Assembly (NCBI RefSeq): GCF_009914755.1
Contig: NC_060937.1
Strand: one strand, 5' to 3'
Source of the DNA: the human T2T-CHM13v2.0 reference genome, Homo sapiens
Length of the DNA: 64,000 nt
Below are positions 10,521 through 23,568 of this stretch, one piece after another; position 1 is the first letter of the stretch, and each line of letters opens with the position of its first letter. The notes under the pieces were generated by a model. It did no database searches, had not been told where the DNA came from, and worked only from the letters and a program-made list of their open reading frames with translations. The position numbers and the translations under genes are program-made.

Positions 10521-13500
10521 CTCTCCGGCCCCGGGCCTCGGCAGCGCTTCCCTTTCACCTGCACCACTTTGCTGCGGCACCCCAAATAACCCACACATGG
10601 CCCTGGGAGCTCGGGGAGTCGTCGGCCGAGGGGGCCCGCGGGGGCTTGCGGCGGGAGGGACCCCTGGAGAGCAACTCGCTGGGCAAGGACTCGCGCCGAG
10701 CCGCGAGAAAGTCTCCTCTTTTGTGTCAGAGCGCGCCAGACAGGCTTAGGAGAATTCGGGGACCCAAAAAGCGTGCAGCCCGCTTGGGCCCCCACCCCTC
10801 GCCGCACCCGCCCGGGTGGGGGCGCGCAGTGGAGGGAGGGGGCTGTCGCCCGGGTCGTCCCCGCGGCTCGCCCGCCAGCGAACTTGGAAAGGTGTGGGCG
10901 GAGCCGGCCGGGACTGTGGGGCAGCTCGCGGGGACCGCCCCTGGGCGCCGGGCATCGCCCGCGCCGGGCAACAATGGGGTCAGGCAGGGGCAGCCCCGCG
11001 GGCGGTGCCCCCCGCGCGCCGGTGGGGCGGGCGGAGGGCCGGGCGCGGCAGGCAGGGGAGTCATTGTTTGGGTTCCGGAGCGACGCACGTTGCGGGCGAA
11101 GCGGGGGCGCCCCTTTTCCCTGCGCTTCACCTTGGCGGGATGAATGGGGGCGAGGCGGAGATGCGCGCCTGGCCTCGCCACCCCAGCGAAGGGGCCCCTG
11201 CCTGCGCCAGTTCTGTGGGAAAGCACGCAAACTTGGAGGACTGGGGCAGAGGAAGCGGGATCTGCAGACCCCCGCGGGGCCCGGGGGCGGCGGGGAAGGG
11301 AGTCCAGCTCCACTGCCCCACGCCCAGAGCGGAGCCCCAAGAAGCGGACGGCCCGGAGCCGAGTCCTTGACGCTCTCCCCGGCAGCCCCTCCCTCCCCGC
11401 CTCCGCGCCCCGGGGAGCGGATCCGCGGGATTGTGGGGCGGGAGAGGGAGGAGGCGGCCGGGCGGCCCTGCAGTTCCCGCGGCGGCTCGGAGGGCGCGGG
11501 GTCAGCGCCGAGCCGGAGGGTCGGCGGGGGCGGGGAGCAGACGGGGCGGAAGCGGCCGGGCGGGCGGGGCGCGCGGCGGACGGAGGCGGGAGGCTGTGGG
11601 CCCGCCTCCTCACCATCCTAGGTGAGCGCGGCGCTCCGGGCACGACAGTATTCCCCTGCCCCGCGCCCCCGGCCCGGCCCGCCCCGCGTGGGAAATCGCC
11701 AGGGCTGTGGGAAGGCCGGGAAGGGGAAGTTTGTGTGCAGAGAGAAAGCTTTGCTGTACTGTGGCGTGGAGTGGGGTGGGAAGAGAAACAAGGGAGAGGC
11801 CGAGAAACAGGAAATGAGAACGAAGGCACGAATGTGAGCCAGGGCCAGCTGGGCTCCCCATCGGTGTGGCGGTTTCCAGCCACTTCAGGCGCGGTGTGCG
11901 TTCCTAATGACAACAAAGGCGGCGTCTGCCTGGTGCGTTCTCTGCCTCTTGCCACTCCTAGGTTCTGGGGAAAATGGGATGGGTGGTCCAACCTAGAGGA
12001 GGGGTCCCACAGCCTAAGATGCGTCTTAGGAAGGCAGCAGGATTCAGAGGAGGGGTCTGTCCTGGTCTTGAGGTTTCGAAGAGGAAGAAATGTCTGAAAT
12101 TTGTGGAGCACTGCTCGAGTGAAGTAGCCTCAGCGGCGGGAGCGGGAAGGCGCGGGCGCAGCGAGGGCGTCGGGAACCCAGTGGGACTCGGGGGTGAGGA
12201 GTTGGTGGTTGCTGCGGTGCGGTCTCTGTTCCGGGGAATGCAGCCGCAACTCCCACTCCCTGATCCGATCCTGGGCCTAGGGTAAACAGCCCCTTACACT
12301 CCACTACACCCGGATGGAAACGACGTGAAAACACAAGTTTGAAAAGCAGCAGAATATCAACAACTGCGCAGGATTTCAACGAGAAACTTGCCTCTACTAG
12401 AATCACTGTGAAGTTTCCCTCTAGGTGGGGCAGGGAGTGAAGGAAGGGAGTTTCACTGTAAGGGTGGAAGGATGCTGTAAGAAATTATGTCATCGTGGCA
12501 GTTCTTGTACTAACAGCTCTTTCTCGAGTGAGCTGAGTGGCGGATAGACCATAAATATATTCTATAGCGAGTGCTTCTGCACGTGGAAAAGCAAACTGCA
12601 CTGCCTTCCTATGGCAACAGCCACGGGCTTGTTAGGAGAGTGATGAAAGATAGAAAACAAACTACAAGAATCCATTCCAGAGGGATAAGGAAACTAGGGG
12701 TAGGTCAAGGTTAGTATCTAGAGTCTGGATACCCTGTGTGGTTAAAAAAAAAAAAAAGTACATCAAGCATTGGGGGGAAAAGATGCAGATTTTAAAAATT
12801 GTTGACAGATATGGAGTAGAAATCTTAAGGCAACTTCCTAGCTATGAAAAGGAAAAGGAGAAAAGAGAAAAACAGGTTTAGAAGAGAGAATCACTTCATT
12901 GTGTGGACTTGGGGTGCGTGTAAAAGAGCAAAAACATTTGAAATAATACAAAGCATGGATGATAACGGAGATCACTAGAGGAGTGTGTGTGTGTACACAC
13001 GCATGCGTTTCCAAACTAGTTCATGTAATTCTATCTCCATATAGAATTTAGATTTAAAGAAAAGTAAGGTGTGGACGGAAGGGAAGAAGATAGGGAAAAG
13101 TACACTACCTTGGCAAAGGTGCGGATTTTTAATGTTTAGACCTTTTTCCTCTCTACCTCTGTGTTTGCAGAGATGTGAAAAGTCAGAAAATGTAAAGATG
13201 GCAAATTTATTTCATCCTTAATTCAAGAGGACCATGTAAAAGAATGTGTAGCGAGAAAGTACGGTCATAGAATTTGGGGGTTGAAAGTATCTGTCGAATC
13301 CAATACTATGTGGCTTCAATCCTGTTTAAAACCAAGATGATTTTGATAAAGAATGATAACCCATTTCCCTAACTATATATAAAAACTTCATTTACTTAGT
13401 CTTAGATAACCAAAAGAAGGATGAATTATGAACAAAGAAGATAAAGTTGGGTATTCTTAATTTCTTACACATAACGCATGCATTGAGTTTCTTTTACCTA

Positions 13501-13700
13501 ACACATTGTCCAGAAAAGAAAACCACACCCAAACACCCTCAAAGCAGATAAAATATCTAATTCAAACAACAGGAAAATTTACAATTAGAAATAATGTTAA
13601 TGTAAAAGTAAGTGTTACCTGCCCACAAACTTTTTGCCAGCTCTTCTTATACTCAACCAGTGGTGATACTGTCTTTGTAAAATTAGTGGTTAGAAAAATC

Positions 13701-14072
<372 letters not shown>

Positions 14073-16203
14073 TAAGGTAAAAACTCTGTTCAATATCTGT
14101 GTACATTTAGAGATTGTAAGGCTTTGGATTAGTGAAACCATAGATGATTTAGCACTAATACGATTTCAAGGAATAGGGTAGGAATGAAGTCCCTTTTAGA
14201 GGTAAAAGCTATGTTGAAAGATTAGAATTAACTAGAAAGGAAAATAAAGCTGATTTCCAGAACTCTGAACAAATTTTAAAATACAATCTTGATTTTTTTC
14301 CTAAGGCCGAAAGTGAACATGTACTGTTAGGTTTTCAAGCCTCTATTTTTCATATGTCATATCTTGGCAATAATGTGCAGCAAAGGGGAATTTTCCTGTT
14401 CAAGTATGAGAAAGTGAGAAAGACATGTAAAAGCCTTCCTATAACTGCAAACAGCTGGTGATATTATGTGATTACTTGGTAAACAACATGTTTTGATTTG
14501 GGGGATGAGCTGTCTGCAAATTAGGGGGAAAATGCCATTTCGTAACTTTGTTTTATTGCAATCAATACAGTTTTCGGTCCTTCTAGTTTAAATATCTTCA
14601 TCACATCTTCAGATGTGTCTTCTTTTCCACCTTCCTCCAGTCACTTTCATGCAGGCCTTTTCCAGACTCACCTCCACTATCATGTCTGCTTCCCAGCTCT
14701 GAGCTCTGCATCTAGCCCCCTTTCCCTCACATGCACTAATTATAACATATCTGTCTTTACAAAGCCAAGTTGGCACAAATTAGTTACAACAAAATACTGT
14801 GACACATAAAGGCCCCACTTCCATATTCATACCTCATACTTTCCCCTCCAGCCTGTGCACACACCTTGCGATGATCTTCCTCTGTCTTCTCTGGAATCCT
14901 CTAAAAACGATTCCTGCATACCCCACATACATGTATACATATCCATCCTCTCACCAAAAAGTTATCTTTCCCTTCTTGGAGCTTCTTGTGGTATAATGGA
15001 AAGAGTGCTTCAGCTGCTGACTAGCTGGGCTTTCATCTTCTTTCTGATTCTCTATTTTTCCACCTACTTAAATAACATTTTCCCCACATTGAAAGATTAA
15101 GATTTATTAGATGCTTACCTGCGCCAATGGGAGATATACTGGCCCAAGTAAGCATCCAATAAATGTTGATTCCCTCATTTATTCTTCAGGTTCTCACACC
15201 TTTCTACTTCCATGAAGTATTGTTGGCTCACCTATTACATGTAACCCCTCTCAGAACAAGAGCTGTACTTTAATCACCTATTTAGCCTTTCTTTTACCCT
15301 CACACTGTTTTGCACATAGTAGGTGATTAATGAATGCTTCTTGAATCAATGAAACAACTATAATATATAAACATAGAATGATATACGTTAAAACACAATT
15401 TAGCAGAAAACTTGAGTTTCCATTTGGGTGCACATATTGAAAATAACAAAATTCTGCAATGTGTCGGTAAATACCTTTTGAACATTAATTCTGGCAGTGT
15501 TCCTCAAGCAACCTTCTTCTAAGTAGAAGTTTTTATATAAATATAATACATTTGGAGCATTCCATTTTCTCTTTCATATGGAATTGTTTAAAAATTATTC
15601 AATTATATTCCTCTTCATTTTTTATTAAAATTAGATAGCATTCTACTGTGTTAGATTAAAAACATTCAATTTTTTAATACCAGAAGGAAAATTCACAGCA
15701 AATTTGTTTTAAAAAAAATGACATTTGCAAATTTTGAGGTTATAAACATTAGAGCTGTAAAGTAATAAATAATCTGCATTTTAAAATATAATAAATTGAG
15801 GCATATGAGATCTGAACTATAGGTATCCTTGCTTTTTTAACTTTACAAATGAAAATAGTACTCTCCATGGAAATAATTTAATTCCACTAAAGTTTATCTA
15901 GTTTGCAAAATACCACTTTAATTTCATGCTATATACAATACATTAACCTAGGTATTATATTAAGATGAGCTTAGATAAAACTGATAAATAACTATATAGC
16001 ACGTAACATTAGAATTTTCCCAAATTTTTGCAATTGTATTTACATAATAGTGAATATCTTAGCTTCTTCTTGTAAAAAAAATACAATTTTATTTTAGATA
16101 GTTTCCTCTAAGTTGTGTTACTGAAACAGAGAATATGAGTTTATTTTTACTGTTATAGAAACCTACTGTCAAATTATTTTTCAAAAGTATTTTATCAGTT
16201 TAT

Positions 16204-16459
16204 GGCCAGCTGCAATGGCTCACACTTACAGGCTCAATACTTTGGGAAGCGGAAGTGACAGGATTGCTTGAGGCCATAAGTTCGAAACCAGCCTGAGAAA
16301 TGTAGAGAGACTCTGTCTCTACCAAAAATAAAAAAAAATAAGCTGGAAGTGGTGGCATGTGCCTGTAATCCCAGATACTCAGGAGGCTGAGGTGGGAGGA
16401 TTGCCTGGTGAGCTAAGATCAGCTTAGGCAATTAAGAACCTGTCTCTAAGGGAAAAAAA
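16204..16459 (+). mobile_element. AluJ with right-arm deletions
   Basis: Diverged Alu flanked by AAAAG(T/C)ATTTTA(T/C)CAGTTTA direct repeats. Confidence 0.88.
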
Positions 16460-16735
16460 GCATTTTACCAGTTTACAATTACACTATCATATTTGAGAGT
16501 GCCATTTTCCCTGTGTTCTTGCTAGTATTGGGTGGTGCTTTGAAGTAAAACATCTTAAATTGGTAAACAAGAATGGCTTGAGTTTTAATTCCTTGGTGAA
16601 TAAAGATTGAACTCTAGGAATATAAATGGGACATTGGTGGATGGGATGGGCTGAATACAACTCCTGCTGCATAGCCTGGCTAAGAAATCATGAGAAACTG
16701 ATATCAAATTGCTGTGATAAGAAATGAAGGTTGGA

Positions 16736-17032
16736 GCAGGGTGCGGTGGCTCACGCCTGTAATCCCAGCACTTTGGGAGGCCAAGGCGGGCAGATCACGA
16801 GATCAGGAGATCGAGACCATCCTGGCTAACATGGTGAAACCCCATCTCTACTAAAAATACAAAACAAAATTAGCCAGGCGTGGTGGCAGGCGCCTGTAAT
16901 CCCAGCTACTCGGAGGGGGCTGAGGCAGGAGAATGGCATGAACCTGGGAGGCGGAGCTTGCAGTGAGCCGAGATGGTGCCACCGCACTCCAGCCTGGGTG
17001 ACAGAGCGAGACTGTCTCAAACAAAAAAAAAA
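16736..17032 (+). mobile_element. AluY
   Basis: Diagnostic GAGATCGAGACCATCCTGGCTAAC, GAATGGCATGAACC and GGAGCTTGCAGTG. Confidence 0.92.
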
Positions 17033-17050
17033 GAAACGAGGATTGGAAGA

Positions 17051-17093
17051 GGGAGTATAGCTCAGGGGTATAGAATTGGACTGCAGATCAAGA
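17051..17093 (+). pseudogene. 3'-truncated (tailless) tRNA-Cys(GCA) retropseudogene
   Basis: GGGAGTATAGCTCAGGGGTATAGAATTGGACTGCAGATCAAGA matches 39 of 43 nt of the recalled tRNA-Cys 5' part GGGGGTATAGCTCAGGGGTAGAGCATTTGACTGCAGATCAAGA. Anticodon GCA at 17083-17085; no T-arm; flanked by direct repeats. Confidence 0.85.
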
Positions 17094-18511
17094 AATGAAG
17101 GTTGGAACAGCTATGAAAGACATTACAAATTCAGACTCTTAGAATTCAGCAACTTGCTATTTTGAGGAAGGGGTACAAAGAAAAGAGAATGGGAAACGAT
17201 CTTATATTTCATTCCTTAATTCAGGAGGATTCATTTTTAGTTTTGACAGATTTGAGAGTCATCAAATAGGTAATTAGTTCTACCATAGTTGAAGCTAAAA
17301 TGAATTAGATAGCTGATAGAGAAGAATAGGGAGAAAGAAATGAAACCTGGTCAGAAACATGGAAATAAAATAAAATGAAAATAAGAGGAAACAAGGGAGG
17401 GAGGGAGATTATGATACTGATTTCCATAGCTTTCATCTACAAACAATGGAAAAACCTAACTAATGCCAGTTAAAGATACATATTTTTGTCCATCCCTTGC
17501 AGTGAAACAAGAAATCGAAAAATAAGCAGCCACAGTTCAAGACTGTGCAGCTCCCTGGCACACCAAAGCCCCAATCTCATTTTATTTTCCTGCTCCCTTT
17601 CTTAAATACAGCTGCCCCTCCCTCTCCATAGTAGGAAGAAAAAAAAGGCTAAGAGCAAAACCAAGTCTGTTCCATTTAGAAAGCTTTCCAGAAGCATCAA
17701 CTGTATCTCTGCTTATATTTCAATGGCTGGAAATGGGTCACATGAGTTCCTGGAGACCAAACACAGGAAAGCAGACAGGAAGAAGGGTCTCTTGGATGGA
17801 ATTTGGGACAACCAACTGGCAGTTGCCTTTTTACTATGTAATGTTTCATAATGTTTTAGTCCTAATCAGTCCTAAATTGCAAACCACTCTATTAGTGAGG
17901 CTCTCTATTGAATTCTTGCTGGCAAACAGAAAAAAAAAGAAAAATATACCATTGGCTTACAAGTTATTGGCCATCATTTTAAGGACATTAACTCATAAAC
18001 TACAAAATAGATTGATGTTTCTTAACTATATTTTCTGCACAATGTGGTCAATATGTTATTAAAGTACACAAACCATAATGTAGTCCATTTTAAATGAATC
18101 CATGTGTGATTTACCTAAGGCAAAATGTGAATCACAATTTAGCTTCACTGAGTTACACAGTCTGCTTATGGCTTATCCTTCCACTCCATGAATTTACGTG
18201 TCTTTGAGCAATGGACATTAATTTTTAAAAGTTGGATAAGCAAGTCACAATTAAAAAGGCAAATCTGTGTCTCCCAAAATATAAGCTGCGTTTGCATTTC
18301 ATATTCAAATGAGAGTGAAGCAGCAGCACATGAGCTGATGCCTGAGAGCCAGAAAGACAAACTGATTGCTGGTTTTGCCACTTGATTCTGTGACCTTTGA
18401 CAGGTTGCTTAATTTTTGTTGGGGTCAGTTTTCCTCCCAGTACAACTGGGTTGGCACCTTCTTTACAAGGATGTGAACAACTAATGAGGTCTTCCATACC
18501 CTCCCTTACAA

Positions 18512-18630
18512 GACTGTAAGCTCTACAAGGCTTGACAAGAATTGTGTCTGACCACTTCTCAGTTATCACCAGTCCTAACTTGGCACTCAGCACATAGCAA
18601 GTCCTCAAAGCTTTTCGATGAAAGAATGAA
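18512..18630 (+). mobile_element. L2 3' end fragment
   Basis: GACTGTAAGCTC...GCACATAGCAAGTCCTCAA...GAATGAA tail. Confidence 0.55.
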
Positions 18631-18937
18631 AGTAACTTCCAAAAGGCCTAGGATATTCTGGGTACCCTATGATACCTGTAAATATAGTTGCCTACCAGAA
18701 TAATAGAGTTATTTGTCAAGAAAAATAATCTAAAGGAATATATACAGTTTCTGTACTTTAGTTCAATAAAACGTATGTACTCAGTTAATTTAATTTGTAA
18801 AGATGAGTATTTAGCTAGATTTGGTATGCATCTCTCTTAACTGATGCAGCTTCCAAGTTAGAATACATATGAAGTTAAAATGAATCATCTCTGTGTCCTA
18901 ATACAACTTTAAACTTAAAATCAATTCTTAATAAAGA

Positions 18938-19175
18938 CCTTCCTTCCTTCCTTCTTTCCTTCCTTCCTTCCCTCCCTCCCTCCTTCCTTCCCTCCTTCCC
19001 TCCTTCTTTCCTTCCTTCCTTCCTCTCTTTCCTCCTTCTCCTCCTCTTCTTCTTGTTCTCCTCCTCCTCCTCTTGCTCCTCCTCCTCGTCCTATTCCGTC
19101 TTCTTCTCCTTCCTCTTCTTCTTCTTTCTTCTTTCTTCTCTCTTTCTCCCTCTTTCTTACTCTCTCTCTCTCTCC
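18938..19175. repeat. Polypyrimidine compound simple repeat (CTTC)n/(CCT)n/(CTT)n/(CT)n
   Basis: About 240 nt of almost pure C/T on the + strand. Confidence 0.95.
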
Positions 19176-19292
19176 ATTAAGACAGAGACAAATTGTGGAT
19201 AATTTATCCATGAAGCATGAAGACTTTGGTTTCCTGGTTTTTACATTTTATCCAGTTCACAAATTAGTTTTTTGATCTTTTTATACAGAATT

Positions 19293-19346
19293 CAAATACA
19301 ATTTCATTCTCAATTCCAAATACAATTTCATTCTCAATTCCAAATA
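19293..19346. repeat. Perfect 24-bp tandem duplication CAAATACAATTTCATTCTCAATTC x2.25
   Basis: Copies at 19293-19316 and 19317-19340, plus a trailing CAAATA. Confidence 0.9.
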
Positions 19347-19655
19347 AAAATGGCCATAGCAAATAAAGAAATGTTACTGTAGAGCAAATGAAAACTTTTC
19401 TTAAAATCTCCTTAAATGACACTCCTATTTTTTAAACCAACAGCTATTAAGCATTTACTATGTGCCACACACCATTGGAAGCATTTTTCATATAATAGTT
19501 AATTTAATCTTCGTGGAATCCTATGAAGCTATACTATTGCTTTCATATCCTCAAGGTGAGCCTTGCTAATTTATTGCAAGTTGCAAAACTCACAAGCACT
19601 CCTGGTTCTCCTTCCCTTTCATCTTTCTCTATGTAGTGCTTATCATCATCTAATA

Positions 19656-19975
19656 CAGATGATGCCCAATTTACAATGTTCCAACCTACAATTTTTTTAC
19701 TTTAAGAAGCTGTGAAAGGGATATGCATTCAGTAGAAGCCATACCTTGAGTGCCCATACAACCATTCTGTTTTTCACATTCAATAAACTACATGAGATAT
19801 TCAACACTGTATTTTAAAACAGGCTTTGTGTTAGATGATTTTTGCCAACTGTAGGCTAATGTTAAGTGTTCTGAGCAAGTTTAAGGTAGGGTAGGTGCAT
19901 GTTTTACATACAGTATTTTCAATTTACAGTTGGTTTACTGAGACCATAATCCCATTGTGAGTTGAGAAGTATCTG
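19656..19975 (-). mobile_element. MER47A (TcMar-Tigger MITE)
   Basis: Termini CAGATG.../...TATCTG flanked by TA; internal AGGCTTTGTGTTAGATGATTTTGCCAACTGTAGGCTAATG matches the recalled consensus. Confidence 0.85.
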
Positions 19976-19977
19976 TA

Positions 19978-20155
19978 TACTACATTGTTGTTGTTACATA
20001 CAGTCTGTCTGTGTCTGCAGCCCACTTCCACTAAAGTAGGAGTTCCACAAGGCCAGATAATTTTTCCATCCTGTTGGCTGCTACAGCCCATTGTGTAGAA
20101 AACTGCCTAGCATGTAGTAGGCACTCAACAAATATTTGTAAATGAGTGTGAATTC
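19978..20155 (+). mobile_element. L2 3' end, interrupted upstream by MER47A
   Basis: CTGCCTAGCATGTAGTAGGCACTCAACAAATATTTGTAAATGAGTG. Confidence 0.65.
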
Positions 20156-22704
20156 CCATTGCATACAATGAGGAACGTGAGGCATCTGATGCTTTCAAAT
20201 CACTTTGTCTTCAAAACTACAATTACAAGGATTTTGCACAGTGCATCAATAATTGTTATTATGGAAACCATTTTCATATTTCACTTGACAGACCCAACAG
20301 ATTACTGTGGGTCTCAGGACTTCCACTAGTTATCAAAGATTATGACAAAAACAAGTTTCTTCAAAAATGAGAATGAAACTAAGACACAAAGCATGGCCAT
20401 TAACTACCACTACTATATAACTGCGTATTTGTATTTAAACTGCTGAGTCATTTTAAAATTAAAGTGCAGTGCCACATTTTTGTATTTCTTTCACATCAAT
20501 CACTATGTATTTGTAGTCTACACGGCATTTTTTAGTCTCAAGAACTAAGCACAGTAACAAGGGAAAATATATGTATGGCTGAACATTGTATTTTAACTCA
20601 CTGAGATAAAAAAATTCGGTGGGATCATAATATTTTCATCCTCACATCATGCCTGGTACTTTTATGTCTAAGTATTAAGATGATAGGTGCTATAGAAAGG
20701 GCAAATAAATACAACGGAGAATGTCTGTTTAGTTATTTTAGAGCTGTTATATTGAAATATCGTCTTGTTTACAATTTTCAACTCAACAAATCCTCATCAA
20801 TTATTAAATATTTTTCTCATTGAATTAAACAGGGCAACTGTATTTTCTCAAAAGAAAACATCAGGTGAAATGTAAGGCTTACTTTTAACATATACAAATT
20901 TTCCTATATGAATAAAATTCTATAGCTTTATTACACTACCCACCCCACCCCAAACTAAGCAGAAAGTGTACATCGTATTTATTACATAAAGAGAAACAGA
21001 ATTTAAGTCCCATTCTTTATTCCTTTGAATCTAGAAGCAGTTTTTTTCACTATTGCAATGAAAAAAATAAAACAGTTCATGGAATTTAACTGCTGTCTAA
21101 CAGGCAACATTTTCTTGGTACTGTCCTGCTGACCACATAAAGATTATAATGAAGGTAACTAGACAAAAGTCAGGGAGCAGATGTGACCGTCGTATCTTAT
21201 GGAACAAAGTGCTATGCAGTCCATCACTATCAAACTTGTGATTATTTTTTCAATGGGATTATTATGTTAATATATGATGTATTCATTTATCAAAATTACT
21301 CATTAAAAAAGTTTGGTTGAGTAGGGTTTGTTGTCATGATACAATTTGCTATTAGCATGCCTCTTTGTTTCATTATGAGTTATCCTCATTGTTTATATGG
21401 CTTCTTGCCTGCTAGAACTGTTATCCACATGCATGAGTTCACTGGGCAGCCGCTGAGATAAGAAACATATGGCTGTGTCTGCTGTGAAAATCTAGACACA
21501 CACCATGCGTAACTCTATCTCTTTTTGTGCATGTGTATTGACTTGTGTCTGTTCATGCACATCTACTTTTGGGATCCCTATCTCTTACAATCATGTGCTA
21601 ATAAAAATATTTATATAATTTAACCCCAGCAGTACTTACAAATATCACTTTTATTTAGTAACATGTAATCAAGCAGCAAATAAATATTTTGCCTTTTTAT
21701 CTAGAAACATCAAAGTTAGAAAGGAGACATGTAATTCTCTGTAGGTTTGGCAATAAAACCTAGGCTTCAGATTTTTAGCTCCTATCTCTGAGCCTGGTCT
21801 TGGATCATGTTCCAAGGTTAATAGCAGACATCCTCAAATACATTTTAAACCTATATGCAAAATGTAGTGTATTTCTTATTCTTAGTATCACAGAGTCTAA
21901 GAATTATCTTCTTACAACAAGCAAGGAAATTTAATTCTTTGAAATTTCAAATCTAAAAGAAGGTTTTATTTTTAACTTGAACATATTTTTAAAAAACAAT
22001 TGCTATAATTACCTTGGAATTTTGTCAAAGCAGAACTCTTTGAAAATTGGTAGGTCCAGATCTTAATGTGAGCATACAGAAAGTACTTAAAAGGCATTAA
22101 TAGCCAGCAAAGCACATCTAAGTTAAAAGGCAAAAGGTTTAAATGGTCAGAGACCTTTAAATAAAAAAGAACATTAAGCAAACATCTTAGCCATAGAGTT
22201 ATAAATATGTCAGGAATACAGACTTTCCTGCCGCTCTATGAGCAGAATGATTGTTCCATGTTGTTGGCCTTCACTAAGTCAGTTAACCCTTCAATAACCT
22301 TTATTTTTCCATCAGGAGCAATACCTGCTTGTAAAGAACATGCTGGACCACAGATCTAAAACAATATGATTTTATTACTATTATTATCCCCAACAGAAAA
22401 GCTGTTTCTTTCTGCAGTAAGACAGTACAAAGCTTGAAAAAACTCTACGTAGACTGTTGCCGAAACACTGGGGAGAAAAACAGATTAGGGATATTGGTTT
22501 TTAAAAGGATAAGGAGCAATGGTTTAGAACCAAATCTATCTGTCTAATATGTTTTCTTTTAAAAAACAGTCTTAATTTAGTTTCCTTTGCTACACTATTA
22601 GTAAAAAACTAATGCTGCTTTACAATTTCATAGAGTTTTTAATTTAGAAAACTATTTTCTATCAGTTGTTGCATTTTCTTGTTACAATATATGTATAAAA
22701 ATTA

Positions 22705-22908
22705 ATGTGCTAAGTGTTTGATGTGTATTTTCTCATTTAACCCTCATGATAGCCAATGGGGTAGGTGAAATCGTTTCCATTTTAGAAAAGAGAAAACTAA
22801 GTCCAATGGAAGTTAACTTGTTTCCAAGATAACACAGCTGGTAAGAGATGGAGCTGAGATTTGCACCTACGTTGACTGACTTCACACAAGTCCTCTTAAT
22901 CACTGTGT
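22705..22908 (-). mobile_element. MIR
   Basis: CTCATTTAACCCTCATGA...CCATTTTAGAAAAGAGAAAACT...ACACAGCTGGTAAG. Confidence 0.75.
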
Positions 22909-23257
22909 ATCCTATACCCGATACTGGTGGAGATAACTTATTAGTGAACCTTTAGACACTTAAGTGTTGAAGACTTGCCAAGATTGTGTAGCCCGTGCAT
23001 GTCAGGTTTGGATTCATGGATCCCAGCACATTGTTCTTCTCATTAGACTGAATTGCCATTGAAGGCTTTTTATACCCTCACTGTGGTTCATGGCTAAGGA
23101 GCTTCAGGAAAAGATGAGTGAGCTTTTCCCCAGTTCTTTATCTAGAGACTCTGAAGTTTTGCATTTTTCACATAGTTCAGACATTGTTCCTTGTGGATGG
23201 ACTAGTACTGACTGCAAGAGCCTCCCTTGGGGAACAAGTGCACCCCTTCCTGGTTGG

Positions 23258-23568
23258 AGAAGTCATTTTCCAAATTGGAGTTTGGGGAACACTGTTCTGT
23301 AGAATGCTAATAGGTGCTCCTACACAAAGAGTTCTGTGCTCTCAAATATTTGGAAAAATTTTGGTTACACGATGTTAAACATCTTTCTTCAACCCTCCAA
23401 AGAGGGTGCTGCAGTGGCTGTTAATTTGTTAATTGGCATTGTGAATCTGGGAGACTGGGCCACATAGTGTACAGTGGTTTCCCAAAATATGTAGTCACTG
23501 AGTTTTTTCAAACTCACTTTCTAACACTCTGGGAATATTTTCCAAGGAACATGAGTTTCGAAATGCTC
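23258..23568. mobile_element. hAT-Charlie-type MITE (Charlie4-like)
   Basis: Degenerate TTTCCAAA.../...TTTCGAAATGCT termini, with internal GGAACACT and GCATTGTGAATCT motifs. Confidence 0.45.

Larger units (their letters stand above)
8950..12290. promoter_or_regulatory. KLF12: CpG island promoter
   Basis: Abrupt switch to very high GC and CpG content with many GGGCGG and CACCC boxes, in an otherwise CpG-depleted AT-rich background. Confidence 0.92.

Noticed and set aside
9952-12406. Long overlapping ORFs in the CpG island (461, 317, 294 and 282 aa)
   Set aside because: Low-complexity Pro/Arg/Gly/Ala products open on both strands. This is expected from stop-codon depletion at very high GC, and no domain is recognisable.
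9362-12430. CTCF-like sites CCACTAGGGGTAG (9364) and CCTCTAGGTGGGG (12418)
   Set aside because: Both miss the conserved GGC position; not supportable without a matrix scan.
17051-17093. Functional tRNA-Cys gene
   Set aside because: Lacks the T-arm, B box and 3' acceptor strand, so it is called a pseudogene.
16719-17106. Three spaced direct repeats as a CRISPR-like array
   Set aside because: Primate DNA; the spacers are an Alu and a tRNA fragment, and the repeats are target-site duplications.
18921-19211. E/R/G/K-rich 96-aa ORF
   Set aside because: Translation of a purine-rich simple repeat.
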